From assembly GCA_027450205.1 (NCBI GenBank), contig DAIDJL010000004.1:270413-319946 (forward strand): a stretch of DNA of 49,534 bases. Reading direction: 5' to 3'. Numbering within the stretch: the stretch's first letter is position 1; every line of letters starts with the position of its first letter. This DNA is from Candidatus Parcubacteria bacterium (GTDB lineage Bacteria > Patescibacteriota > Minisyncoccia > UBA6257 > 2-01-FULL-56-20). The notes under the pieces are model-generated. The model was not told the DNA's origin. It did no database searches and saw only the letters and a list, made by a program, of their open reading frames with translations. The translations under genes were made by a program, and so were the position numbers. This document shows positions 7,377-17,212 of the stretch, piece by piece.

Positions 7377-7784
7377 TCAGGATAAATAGCCCTCATCAAT
7401 GATCTTTTTTGCATAAATATCTATATTTGGATGCTGTCTTAATTCTTCGAGTGAAAGCCATTTATATGCGACGTTCTCGGTGATATCGAGGATCGGCTCT
7501 CCGGCTGTCTCACCGACATACGAAAGCCGTACCACATGTTTTTCCTCGTTAGGAATGATATCTTGCGCGTAAACAAGCTTCGGTTCTGAAGTTATTTCAA
7601 GCTGAGTTTCTTCCTTCACCTCTCGTCGCAAATTCTCGATCAACAACGATCCCGGATTGATGCGACCACCAGGAATGTCCCACTCCCCCTTGACCCCCGG
7701 ATACTTTTCCGGTGAGCGGCGCATAAAAAGATATTTCCCGGCGGGATTTCGGAGAAAGATTTTGACGCCGACCTGGAGGATCAT
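7377..7784 (-). CDS. NUDIX hydrolase
   Basis: Nudix box WDIPGGRINPG...LRREVKEETQL. Confidence 0.93.
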   Translation of the reverse strand: MILQVGVKIFLRNPAGKYLFMRRSPEKYPGVKGEWDIPGGRINPGSLLIENLRREVKEETQLEITSEPKLVYAQDIIPNEEKHVVRLSYVGETAGEPILDITENVAYKWLSLEELRQHPNIDIYAKKIIDEGYLS

Positions 7785-8377
7785 GATATTTTTCGAGAAA
7801 TGAAATTTAAATAATTTTTTGATTTCGGCTGAAATTGATCAAAAAAGACGATTTCAAAACCCGTCTTTTTTAGTATATCCCTTAGCTCATCTTTTTTATA
7901 GAAAGCGAACAGTCTCGGCATCCCCACTCCTGAACTGTTCCGATACACTTCCCCTTCGCCCTCAATCATCCCAAGGAAAAATATTCCACCTTCTTTTAAT
8001 ACTCTCTTGATCTCTTCGATCGCTTTTCCAATATCAATCTTTTTAAGATGGAGTAGCGAGGTATAAGCCCAGACACCCTCAAAGGATTCATCTGGGAATG
8101 GAAGCGACATCAGATCTCCTACAACCGAAGCAAGTCCGTTTTGAGAAGATAATTTTACCATTTCTTCCGAAGCGTCAAGGCATGTTATTTCAAGTCTGCG
8201 CTGTTGGAGTATAAGCCCGTCCTTTCCCGGACCGCTTCCAATATCTAAAATTTTTCCGCTTACCAGACCAACAAAAGCATCAATAATTGCGGATGGAAAA
8301 TGCTCCCAAAAATCTTTGGTCTCATTATTATATTCCTTTGCCAGTTCGTTATACGCCTTGATTGTCTGATCATCCAT
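7781..8377 (-). CDS. Class I SAM-dependent methyltransferase
   Basis: ILDIGSGPG motif I, LPFPDESFEGVW, SLLHL, RVLKEGG. Confidence 0.93.
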   Translation of the reverse strand: MDDQTIKAYNELAKEYNNETKDFWEHFPSAIIDAFVGLVSGKILDIGSGPGKDGLILQQRRLEITCLDASEEMVKLSSQNGLASVVGDLMSLPFPDESFEGVWAYTSLLHLKKIDIGKAIEEIKRVLKEGGIFFLGMIEGEGEVYRNSSGVGMPRLFAFYKKDELRDILKKTGFEIVFFDQFQPKSKNYLNFISRKIS

Positions 8378-8378
8378 G

Positions 8379-8451
8379 AGCCACCTCCCGGATTCGGACC
8401 GGGGACCTTCGCTTTACAAAAGCGTTGCTCTACCAGCTGAGCTAAGGTGGC
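8379..8451 (-). tRNA. tRNA-Thr(TGT)
   Basis: GCCACCT/AGGTGGC acceptor, anticodon loop TTTGTAA, T-loop TCCGAAT. Confidence 0.93.
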
Positions 8452-8646
8452 TTAACATTCAAAATACTTCCCTATAGTATAGTCAAAAAACGATTATGTA
8501 AATGATGGCGTTCCATACCTGTATGTCTTTGAAGGGCGTCGCGGAGCCGCGAGAGTGGAGATTGTATTTTTAATCGTTTTTTAACTATAATAGAGTGGTC
8601 AATTTAATGTTCTGCATCCTCGCTTGCGGGGGTCAACACGCGAACA

Positions 8647-11600
8647 ATGGAAACCAAATTCACCCATTTACATACGCATTCGCATTATTCCCTGCTCGAC
8701 GGGCTCACAAAGATCCCCCAAATGGTGGCGCGCGCCAAGGAGACAGGAATGGATTCGATCGCACTCACCGATCACGGCGTCCTCTATGGCGCTGTTGAAT
8801 TTTATAAACTGGCAAAGAAGAACGGCATCAAGCCGATCCTTGGTGTTGAGGCGTACATTGCGCCGCGCGACCGGTTCTCCAAGGAGAATGGCGAACGGTA
8901 TTACCACCTGATTCTTCTCGTTGAAAATCAAACCGGGTGGAAGAATCTTATTACCCTTGTTTCAAAAGCCCACCTTGAAGGATTCTATTATAAACCGCGT
9001 ATGGATAAAGATCTCCTGCGCGAACATCACGAAGGGTTGATCGCGCTCTCTTCGTGCCTGGGCGGCGAAGTTGCACGGGCGCTCACCGCCGATCAATACG
9101 AAGAGGCAAAACGCATCGCATTGGAACACCAGGAGATCTTTGGCAAGGGAAATTATTTTTTAGAGATACAAAAGCATCCAAACATCCCCGAATCCGAAAA
9201 GATCGAACCGTTATTGGTAAGATTGTCCGGAGAGACCGGCATCCCGCTCGTCGCCACGCAGGACAGCCACTACACGCACTCGGATGATGCCGAGTATCAT
9301 GACGTGCTGCTTGCGGTGCAGACCGGCAACAAGCTGACGGATGACGACCGGATGACGATGAAGTCGGACGACTTCTCCATCCTTTCGCCGGAGGTGATGA
9401 TGGAAAAATTCTCGAAGATCCCGGGCGGCGCCGAGGCGGTGGCAAGGACGCACGAGATCGCGGAGCGATGCACTATTGAGCTTGAGCTCGGGAAGACCCT
9501 TCTTCCCGATTTTCCAAAACCGGCCGGCAAGACCGCGAACGCGTACCTCCGCGAGCTCATCGAAGAACGCCTGCCGAAAAAATATCCGGCGGGAATACAG
9601 ACCAAAGAACTGCGCGAACGGATGGAATACGAGCTCGGCGTCATCGAAAAGACCGGCTTCGCCGATTATTTCCTTATCGTTCAGGACCTTATTCGCTGGG
9701 CAAAAGATCACGGCATCGCCGTCGGGCCCGGCCGCGGTTCAGCCGCAGGGAGCATCGTCTCATACGTGCTCGACATTACGGATATTGACCCTCTCAAGTA
9801 TGGCCTGCTCTTTGAGCGATTTCTCAACCCTGAGCGCATCCAGATGCCTGATATCGACATCGACTTTGCTGACACCCGCCGCGACGAGGTGCTTGCATAC
9901 GCGCGGCAAAAATACGGCGAGGACCATGTGGCGCGCATCATAACCTTCGGAACGATGGCGGCCCGCGCTGCCATCCGCGACGCCGGACGCGCCATGGGAT
10001 ATTCGTACGCATTCTGCGACCAGATCGCAAAACTGATCCCCTTCAATCCCACACAGGGCATGAAAGAGGGCTGGCTCGACGAATGCCTTAAAAAAGTGCA
10101 GGAACTCAAAACCATCTACGATTCAAATCCTGAGGCGAAAAAACTGATCGACACCGCGCGGCATCTGGAAGGCGTCGCCCGGCACGCGTCGGTGCACGCC
10201 TGCGCGACGGTGATCGCAAAGGACGCGCTCATGGAACGCGTGCCGCTGCAGTTCGCGCCCGGCGAGGAGAATATCATCATCACGCAGTTCGAGATGCACG
10301 CCGTCGAGGATCTCGGCCTCCTTAAGATCGACTTCCTCGGGCTGAAAAACCTGACAATAATAGAGAGCACCATCAACCTCATCAAAGAACTCCACGGCGC
10401 GGTGATCAATATTTCCAACATCCCGCTCGACGACAAGAAAACGTTCGAGCTTTTACAGCGCGGCGATACCACGTCCATCTTCCAATTTGAATCGAGCGGC
10501 ATGCGGCGGTACATGAAAGATATCAAGCCGACGCAGGTGGACGATCTCATTGCGCTCGTGGCGCTCTTTCGCCCGGGACCGATGGAACTTATCCCCACGT
10601 ATATCGCCCGCAAACAGGGCAAGGAGGCCATCCGCTATATCCATCCCCTCATGGAGGAGACGCTCAAAAATACCTACGGGGTCATCGTCTACCAGGAACA
10701 GGTGATGGACCTCGCAACAAAGCTTGCCGGACTCACGCGCGGCGAAGGCTATCTGCTTGTCAAAGCGGTGGGAAAGAAAATCAAATCCCTGCTTGATGAA
10801 CAAAAAGAAAAATTCATCAACGGATGCCTTAAAAATAACATCCCGAAGAAGGTCGCCGACCAGGCGTGGGAGCTTATCGAGCCATTTGCCCGTTACGGAT
10901 TCAACCGCGCGCACTCCGCATGTTATGCCATGATCGGATATCGCACGGCATATTTGAAGGCGAATTATCCGGAGGAGTTCACCGCCGCGGTGCTGAATTC
11001 GGAAATGAGCGACATTGAGCGCATCTCATTCCTCATCCAGGAGGCAAAAACCGCCGGCGTAGAGATCCTGCCGCCGGACATCAACCGCAGCTTTATCAAC
11101 TTTACGCCGGAAGGACCGAAGATCCGCTTCGGCCTGCTCGCCATCAAAAACGTAGGCTCCGAGATCGCTCGCGCGATCATAGAAGAGCGGGCGCGGGGCG
11201 GTCCTTTTGAAAGTTTCGACAATTTTTTGAGCCGCATCCAGCATAAGGATCTCAATAAGAAATCACTTGAAAGCCTGGCAAAGAGCGGTGCGTTCGATTC
11301 GCTCGGCGTGGAACGAAAACAGATCCTTGAGAACATGGAGGAGATCCTGCGTTTTGTGAATGCGCTCAAACGCAGCGGCGCGGCGCAGGCGAATTCGCTT
11401 TTTGGCATGTCGGCACCGACAATCACGCTAAAGTTGAAACCGGCGACCCCCGCGACGAGCGGAGAGAAACTTATCTGGGAAAAGGAGCTTATTGGGTTTT
11501 TCATTTCCACGCACCCGATGACGCACCATGCGGCAACGATCGACCATTACCGGTGCAAGCCGATCAGCGAGATCGCGGCGATGAGCGACGAGAAAACGAT

Positions 11601-11847
11601 CGTCCGCACCGCCGGCCTCGTTTCAAAAGTAAAGAAAATATTCACCAAGAGCGGCCAGCCGATGATCTTCGCCACCATCGAAGACAACCGGTCCAGCCAG
11701 CCGATGGAGGTCGTGGTCTTCAACAGCGTGCTCGAGAAGACGTCGCCAGCGTGGGTGGAAAATGCATGCGTCATCGTGGACGGCCGCGTATCGCACCGTG
11801 ATGGCGAAACAAAACTGCTCTGTGAAAACGCGAAGAAATTGGAATAA
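8647..11847 (+). CDS. dnaE: DNA polymerase III alpha subunit
   Basis: PHP domain FTHLHTHSHYSLLDG, GPGRGSAAGS, catalytic PDIDIDF, YGFNRAHS, C-terminal OB fold; no intein-sized insertion. Confidence 0.99.
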   Translation: METKFTHLHTHSHYSLLDGLTKIPQMVARAKETGMDSIALTDHGVLYGAVEFYKLAKKNGIKPILGVEAYIAPRDRFSKENGERYYHLILLVENQTGWKNLITLVSKAHLEGFYYKPRMDKDLLREHHEGLIALSSCLGGEVARALTADQYEEAKRIALEHQEIFGKGNYFLEIQKHPNIPESEKIEPLLVRLSGETGIPLVATQDSHYTHSDDAEYHDVLLAVQTGNKLTDDDRMTMKSDDFSILSPEVMMEKFSKIPGGAEAVARTHEIAERCTIELELGKTLLPDFPKPAGKTANAYLRELIEERLPKKYPAGIQTKELRERMEYELGVIEKTGFADYFLIVQDLIRWAKDHGIAVGPGRGSAAGSIVSYVLDITDIDPLKYGLLFERFLNPERIQMPDIDIDFADTRRDEVLAYARQKYGEDHVARIITFGTMAARAAIRDAGRAMGYSYAFCDQIAKLIPFNPTQGMKEGWLDECLKKVQELKTIYDSNPEAKKLIDTARHLEGVARHASVHACATVIAKDALMERVPLQFAPGEENIIITQFEMHAVEDLGLLKIDFLGLKNLTIIESTINLIKELHGAVINISNIPLDDKKTFELLQRGDTTSIFQFESSGMRRYMKDIKPTQVDDLIALVALFRPGPMELIPTYIARKQGKEAIRYIHPLMEETLKNTYGVIVYQEQVMDLATKLAGLTRGEGYLLVKAVGKKIKSLLDEQKEKFINGCLKNNIPKKVADQAWELIEPFARYGFNRAHSACYAMIGYRTAYLKANYPEEFTAAVLNSEMSDIERISFLIQEAKTAGVEILPPDINRSFINFTPEGPKIRFGLLAIKNVGSEIARAIIEERARGGPFESFDNFLSRIQHKDLNKKSLESLAKSGAFDSLGVERKQILENMEEILRFVNALKRSGAAQANSLFGMSAPTITLKLKPATPATSGEKLIWEKELIGFFISTHPMTHHAATIDHYRCKPISEIAAMSDEKTIVRTAGLVSKVKKIFTKSGQPMIFATIEDNRSSQPMEVVVFNSVLEKTSPAWVENACVIVDGRVSHRDGETKLLCENAKKLE

Positions 11848-11945
11848 ACTTCTGCCGCCCAGATATATTGACAAAAACAAATAGAAGTGGATAGAATATC
11901 CGCGGTTGACTTGTAAGCCCAAATTTCATTTCCGGAGGAAACACC

Positions 11946-12278
11946 GTGAAGGATGGAAAACGAATTAACACCCGAACACCCGAAGAACAGCTGATCTTAA
12001 ATGAATATCTTCGCGTGGCACTTACGGCAACACGCCGCATTCTTGAATACGACGGGCTGCTTTTAGAGGTTTTCACCCGCCTCGTCATTGACGAGGAGCA
12101 GTTCATCCAGGTGTACCGCGACCTACGTACGCGATTCGGAAAAACATTCACAAAAAAGAAGCTGACCCTGCTCAAAGAACAGGCCACCCAGCGCGTCCGT
12201 TTTTTTCTTCCGAAAAAGATCGAGGTCTTGCTTAAAGAAGAGCACTTCAAGAAAAAATACGGCCATCTGCCGCAGTGA
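11946..12278 (+). CDS. Hypothetical basic protein
   Basis: 110-aa ORF with GGAGG SD, own TTGACA (11868)/TAGAAT (11892) promoter and a downstream terminator. Confidence 0.65.
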   Translation: MKDGKRINTRTPEEQLILNEYLRVALTATRRILEYDGLLLEVFTRLVIDEEQFIQVYRDLRTRFGKTFTKKKLTLLKEQATQRVRFFLPKKIEVLLKEEHFKKKYGHLPQ

Positions 12279-12307
12279 CCGTCCGGCCCCGGCCGGATCC
12301 ATAGACA

Positions 12308-12335
12308 ACCACCGCTTCCCAAAGCGGTGGTTTTT
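12308..12335. terminator. Terminator between convergent genes
   Basis: AACCACCGCTT/AAGCGGTGGTT plus T-run. Confidence 0.7.
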
Positions 12336-13787
12336 CTATTTCTTCGGACGCATCAACGGGAAAAATACCGTCTCGCGGATGGGCTTGTCCATCAATACCG
12401 CAAACAGGCGCTCGCTCACGCCGAACCCTCCTGCGGGCGGCATGCCGTATTGCAGTGCTTCCAAAAAATCCTCGTCGAGGCGCTGAGCCTCCGCATCCCC
12501 CGCTTCGCGCAGCTTCATCTGCTCCTCAAACCGGGCACGCTGATCATCCGGATCATTCAGTTCCGAAAATCCTTTGCCGAGCTCCGTACCGCACGCGACC
12601 ACCTGGAACCGCTCCACGACCGCAGGGTTCTCCGGATGCCGCTTGGCGAGCGGCTCGATCTCCACGGGCGGATTGGTCAAAAAGCACGGCTGGATGAGGG
12701 CCGGACGGACGGTTTTTTTGAAAATAAGGTCGATAAGGCGGCCCTTGCCCGCACCCTTTTCCGGCTCAAGTTTCAGTTCTTTGGCTTTTTTTAATAATTC
12801 CGCTCGATCAGCGGTAATCGGATCGAGTCCGCCGTTCGCTTTCTTGAACGCCTCCACGTAATCCACGGCCGGCCATTCGCCAGACCAGTCGATCTTCTTG
12901 CCGCCGAACTCCGTGACAAGCCCGCCGACGGTTTTCTCGATCACTTCTTTATATGTCCGTTCCACCAATTTCATCACATCACCGTAGTCGCTGTAAGCCC
13001 AATAGAACTCCAATGCGGTGTAATCCTGGAGATGCTCGCGGTCGATGCCCTCGTTGCGGAACACACGGCCGATCTCGAAGACCTTATCATACCCTCCCAC
13101 GAGCAGGCGTTTCAGCGGTAATTCAAGCGAGATACGCAGATAGAAGTCGGCATCAAGTGCATTGTGATGGGTGCGGAACGGCTCCGCTTCGGCACCACCG
13201 GGAAGATTCTCCAATACCGGCGTTTCCACTTCTAAAAATCCCTCCCTTTTTAATGCATTGCGGAACGTTTCCCAAAAAACGGTTTTTTTGCGGAATAGTT
13301 CGCGGAGGTTCTCGCCCGCGATCAGGTCGAGGTAGCGTTTGCGGAAACGAATATCCTCATTCTCCAAACCCTCCCACTTATCGGGCAGCGGCAAAAGGCT
13401 TTTTGAAGCCATTTGCAGCTCATGCGCCTCCAGGCTCTTCTCGCCACGCTTAGTAATAAACAAAGGTCCGGTGACGGAAATAAAATCCCCCATATCGAGC
13501 ACCGAGCGCCAAAAGGCGAGGTCGCTCAACGCGTCATCTTTTAACACCGCCTGGATCTTTCCCGATTCGTCCTCGATGTCGGCAAAAATAATCCTCCCTT
13601 GGTCGCGCAGACTTCGCAGCCGCCCGGTAAGCGAGACTTCCCCACCCGACGCAACCAACGCCTCAAAATCCTTGAGCGCGTGTGCGACCTCGAACGAACG
13701 CTTCACCCGCGCCGGATACGGATCGATGCCGGCCGCCTTTATGGCGTCCAGCTTCTTTCGCCGTTCCTGCACAATATCCTCTAACAT
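12336..13787 (-). CDS. lysS: Lysine--tRNA ligase (class II)
   Basis: RFRKRYLDLI, GGAEAEPFRTHHN, FEIGRVFRNEGID, YGMPPAGGFG. Confidence 0.99.
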   Translation of the reverse strand: MLEDIVQERRKKLDAIKAAGIDPYPARVKRSFEVAHALKDFEALVASGGEVSLTGRLRSLRDQGRIIFADIEDESGKIQAVLKDDALSDLAFWRSVLDMGDFISVTGPLFITKRGEKSLEAHELQMASKSLLPLPDKWEGLENEDIRFRKRYLDLIAGENLRELFRKKTVFWETFRNALKREGFLEVETPVLENLPGGAEAEPFRTHHNALDADFYLRISLELPLKRLLVGGYDKVFEIGRVFRNEGIDREHLQDYTALEFYWAYSDYGDVMKLVERTYKEVIEKTVGGLVTEFGGKKIDWSGEWPAVDYVEAFKKANGGLDPITADRAELLKKAKELKLEPEKGAGKGRLIDLIFKKTVRPALIQPCFLTNPPVEIEPLAKRHPENPAVVERFQVVACGTELGKGFSELNDPDDQRARFEEQMKLREAGDAEAQRLDEDFLEALQYGMPPAGGFGVSERLFAVLMDKPIRETVFFPLMRPKK

Positions 13788-13806
13788 TACTTAATAATAC
13801 CGCGCG

Positions 13807-14265
13807 CTATGCAATCTTCAAAATTTCGTATATCATCACGCCCGCCGGAGTTGTGACACTAATCTTATCTCCCACCTTGTGATCCATGAACGCCTTGCCG
13901 AGCGGAGATTCGTCCGAGATCTTTCCTTCCTCCGGCTTGGCCTCATACTTGCCGACGATCGTATAGACCGACGTCTTTTCACCCTTCTTGATAGTGACCA
14001 CCGATCCGACCTGCACGGCACCGTTGGCCTCCGTTTTTTCTATGATGACCGCGTCTTTCAGCAGATCCTCCAGCTCAAAGATGCGTGTTTCCACGTTTGC
14101 CTGTTCCTCGCGCGCTTCAGCATACTCCGAATTTTCGGAGAGGTCGCCGTATTCTTTTGCCTGCTTCAACCGCTGCGCAACGTCGTTACGACGCTTGTTC
14201 TTAAGCTCATCAAGCTCCGTCTTGAATTCTTCCAAGCGTTCTTTTGTTAAATATTGCTTGCTCAT
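13807..14265 (-). CDS. greA: Transcription elongation factor GreA
   Basis: YGDLSENSEY, ISDESPLGKA. Confidence 0.98.
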   Translation of the reverse strand: MSKQYLTKERLEEFKTELDELKNKRRNDVAQRLKQAKEYGDLSENSEYAEAREEQANVETRIFELEDLLKDAVIIEKTEANGAVQVGSVVTIKKGEKTSVYTIVGKYEAKPEEGKISDESPLGKAFMDHKVGDKISVTTPAGVMIYEILKIA

Positions 14266-14304
14266 TCTGGTTAATAATAGCCGCCCGATGGCGGTATTGA
14301 ATGG

Positions 14305-15036
14305 TTAAAGGCGGTATTGACCCCTCCATAACCTCCAACGGATTATACAGGTTTCGCCCAGAACATTCAAGTAGGCCGATGCTTTAACGTGCGAACGGGT
14401 GTCGTTGACCCAATGCACCGGTATTTCCTTGATCTTATAGCCCATCCGCTTGGCAAGGGCGAGAATTTCCACGTCAAATCCCCAGCCCCCGATCGTGGAT
14501 ATGGTGAATATCTTCTCCGCCGCTTCGCCGGTAAACGCCTTGAACCCGCACTGCGTGTCCCAGATGCCCCACAGGCCGAGAACGGTTTGGAATATAAGGT
14601 TTCCCACCTTGCCCGGGATCCGGCGATACCATGGTTCCGGCGGATCAAGCTGCGCACCGCTCATTGCGCGCGAACCGATCACCACATCCGCCCCCTCCTT
14701 AAAAAGCGGCATCATCTTCTCAAACTGATCAATGGATGTTGAATTGTCGGCGTCGGTAAAAAGCCGCACCGTGCCCGTCGCAAGCAGCATCCCCTGCCGC
14801 ACCGTGCCGCCCTTGCCGCCATTGTTCTTTATATCGATCAGCTTGAGATTCTTCACCATCTTTGCCATATTCTTTACGATCGTCGAGGTATTATCCGTAG
14901 AACCGTCGTTCACCACCAGGATCTCATACGAAAAATCCACGCTGGCGAGGCGCTTGTCCATGTCGATGAGCGTCTGCGGGATCCGTTCGGCCTCGTTGTA
15001 CGCAGGAATAACGATGGAGAGATATGGCTGAGCCAT
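14305..15036 (-). CDS. GT2 glycosyltransferase (dolichyl-phosphate beta-glucosyltransferase-like)
   Basis: SIVIPAYNE, VNDGSTD, FTDADNST, DTQCGFKAF, WGFDVEIL. Confidence 0.94.
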   Translation of the reverse strand: MAQPYLSIVIPAYNEAERIPQTLIDMDKRLASVDFSYEILVVNDGSTDNTSTIVKNMAKMVKNLKLIDIKNNGGKGGTVRQGMLLATGTVRLFTDADNSTSIDQFEKMMPLFKEGADVVIGSRAMSGAQLDPPEPWYRRIPGKVGNLIFQTVLGLWGIWDTQCGFKAFTGEAAEKIFTISTIGGWGFDVEILALAKRMGYKIKEIPVHWVNDTRSHVKASAYLNVLGETCIIRWRLWRGQYRL

Positions 15037-15089
15037 GTACTACCATAATATCACGAATCAGCGTACGACGCTCCCCGATTCACGCGCGA

Positions 15090-15848
15090 TTACACCCTGG
15101 TCAGAATCAATGGACCCGCATCCGTGATCGCCACCGTGTGCTCAAAATGCGCCGCGTGCGAGCGATCCATCGTGCCATAACTTTCATCCTTCAGCTGCAC
15201 GATCGCACCGGCACCGACCGTGACCATCGGTTCTATCGCGATCACCATGCCGGACACAAGCTTTACACCGGTTCCCCGGTCGCCGAAGTTGAACACCGTC
15301 GGATCCTCGTGAAGCGCGCGGCCGATACCGTGCCCGGTCAACCCTTCCGCAATGGAAAACTTATGCTTACGAACCACGCGTTCGATGGCGTAACCGATAT
15401 CGCCAAGCGTGTTGCCGGGTTTTGCCTCTTTTATTCCCGCATAGAGCGATTCTTCGGTGACGGCCATGAGCTTCTTATCTTCGGCAGGAACTTTCCCGAC
15501 GGCCGCGGTGATCGCAGCGTCAAGATAAAATCCTTCGTGCTTCAATCCGAGGTCAAGCTTTACGATGTCGCCGTCGCGCAGAACGTAGTTGGACGGCTGG
15601 CCGTGCACCACGACGTCGTTCACTGACGCGCACAGCGTGTATGGATACGCACGGCGCGCGCCTTCGGGCCGATAGTTCAAAAATGCAGGCGTATCGCCGC
15701 CCTCCGTTATTATCTTTCGAGCGACGCGATCCAATGAAAGCGTCGTAACGCCGGGGCGCACCTCGCTCCTGAGCCGCTGGAGCACGGCGCCGAGGCGGCG
15801 TCCGCCTTCCGCCATGATTTTTATTTCCTGCGGAGTTCGTAATTCCAT
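15090..15848 (-). CDS. map: Type I methionine aminopeptidase
   Basis: CASVNDVVVHG, GHGIG..LHEDP, AIEPMV, AHFEHT. Confidence 0.98.
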   Translation of the reverse strand: MELRTPQEIKIMAEGGRRLGAVLQRLRSEVRPGVTTLSLDRVARKIITEGGDTPAFLNYRPEGARRAYPYTLCASVNDVVVHGQPSNYVLRDGDIVKLDLGLKHEGFYLDAAITAAVGKVPAEDKKLMAVTEESLYAGIKEAKPGNTLGDIGYAIERVVRKHKFSIAEGLTGHGIGRALHEDPTVFNFGDRGTGVKLVSGMVIAIEPMVTVGAGAIVQLKDESYGTMDRSHAAHFEHTVAITDAGPLILTRV

Positions 15849-15857
15849 GTTGTGACG

Positions 15858-16472
15858 TTATTTCATGCCGGCGATATGCCGGCGGACGGCCGCTTCGATC
15901 CTTTTTCCCACCGCGGCTTCGGTGCCCATTCCCGATATCCTCTTAACCGTATACCGCCCGTTAAAAAAGGCAACCACGCGCACGACCTGTTCTTTATAAT
16001 ATTTCTGCCGGTTGCGGAGCGCGCGGACACTGTCGTCATCACGCTTCACTGATTTCCCGTTCATATAAATGCGGCGTGCCGCGGCGCGCTTGAACATTTC
16101 TCCCGCGGGAATATGCAGATAGATGACGAGCGGGTCGCTCCGTTTCGCCCGCACAAGCTCGCGCGCGACGAGCTTCGCCTCGTTGATCATTTTGGGCGTG
16201 CCATTAAAAAGGATGCCTCGTGCGGCAGGGGTTCCCGCGATCACCCGCTTGAAGATAGTACGCACCACCGCCGTGGGCGTCAGCTTGCCGACCGCCGTCG
16301 TCCTGGCGTAATCATATTGCGCGAGCACGGCAGGCATTCGCACTTCGCGGCCCATATCAAGATTATAAAAATGATATTTCTTAGCCAGCCGCACTGCCTG
16401 TGTTCCTTTTCCGGACGCGGGATCTCCGAGGAGTATCACATTGAACGGCTTTCGCGGGGCTACGGGTCTCAT
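15858..16472 (-). CDS. Adenylate kinase-family protein (divergent, basic paralogue)
   Basis: GDPASGKGTQA P-loop and RDDD lid motif; NGTPK replaces DGxPR. Confidence 0.85.
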   Translation of the reverse strand: MRPVAPRKPFNVILLGDPASGKGTQAVRLAKKYHFYNLDMGREVRMPAVLAQYDYARTTAVGKLTPTAVVRTIFKRVIAGTPAARGILFNGTPKMINEAKLVARELVRAKRSDPLVIYLHIPAGEMFKRAAARRIYMNGKSVKRDDDSVRALRNRQKYYKEQVVRVVAFFNGRYTVKRISGMGTEAAVGKRIEAAVRRHIAGMK

Positions 16473-16478
16473 ACTTTT

Positions 16479-17051
16479 TTAATCAATGCCAAGCGCTTTA
16501 TTGATGTTTGCAGCGATCTCGTCCGGCGCAGGGGTGCCGTCAACGGCAATAAATGCCGTCTGCTCCTTTAAATAATCCATTGCGGGCTTTATCGTATCAT
16601 CGTAATCACGAAAGCGCTGGGTGATCGCTTCGGGCGTATCGTCCACCCGGGTCTCGTGCTGGGCACGCAACAGCAGCCGTTTGATGCACTCCTCGCGCGG
16701 CACATCGATAAAAAGCGTCGCCATCCTATCCATTCCATGTTCTTTCAGATATTCCACCAAAAATTTCCCCTGGCCAAGCCGGCGGGGTACGCCGTCAAAA
16801 ATGATCCCCTTCTCATACGGGATCAACGGAAGCTGATCCTTCAACACCTCTATGATGAGCTCGTCCGAAAGCAGTGTTCCGTGATCTATCGCCTTGATCT
16901 TATCCGCAAGTGGTCCGCCCTTCGCCAAAATTGCGCGAAGCGTACCCCCCATCTCCCAAAATAAAAAACCGAGCTTCTCCGCCAGTCTTTTTCCCTGCGT
17001 TCCCTTGCCCGATCCCTGCGGCCCGGCAATGAAAATTATATTGTAGTTCAT
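16479..17051 (-). CDS. adk: Adenylate kinase
   Basis: GPQGSGKGTQ, FDGVPR, RVDDTPEAI; located after secY. Confidence 0.9.
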   Translation of the reverse strand: MNYNIIFIAGPQGSGKGTQGKRLAEKLGFLFWEMGGTLRAILAKGGPLADKIKAIDHGTLLSDELIIEVLKDQLPLIPYEKGIIFDGVPRRLGQGKFLVEYLKEHGMDRMATLFIDVPREECIKRLLLRAQHETRVDDTPEAITQRFRDYDDTIKPAMDYLKEQTAFIAVDGTPAPDEIAANINKALGID

Positions 17052-17130
17052 TGGTGATTGTATAATAGCAAATATTTCAAATACTTCCAAATATTAGAAA
17101 ATTATTCACTAAAACACGAATAAAACACCC

Positions 17131-17205
17131 CTTCTTTTAAAAGGGATCCCGGAGCAGTGAAAGCGGTGGGGTCGGCAGACCGGAACGCCATCCTGTTAAA
17201 AGAAG
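17131..17205. repeat. Structured dispersed repeat family A, copy after secY
   Basis: CTTCTTTTAA/TTAAAAGAAG arms enclosing CGGAGC...GCAGACCGGAACGCCATCC, similar to the copies at 29807 and 38942. Confidence 0.6.
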
Positions 17206-17212
17206 AATTGTC

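Noticed and set aside
8647-11847. Possible intein or split in DnaE
   Set aside because: Length and motif spacing are ordinary, with no intein termini.
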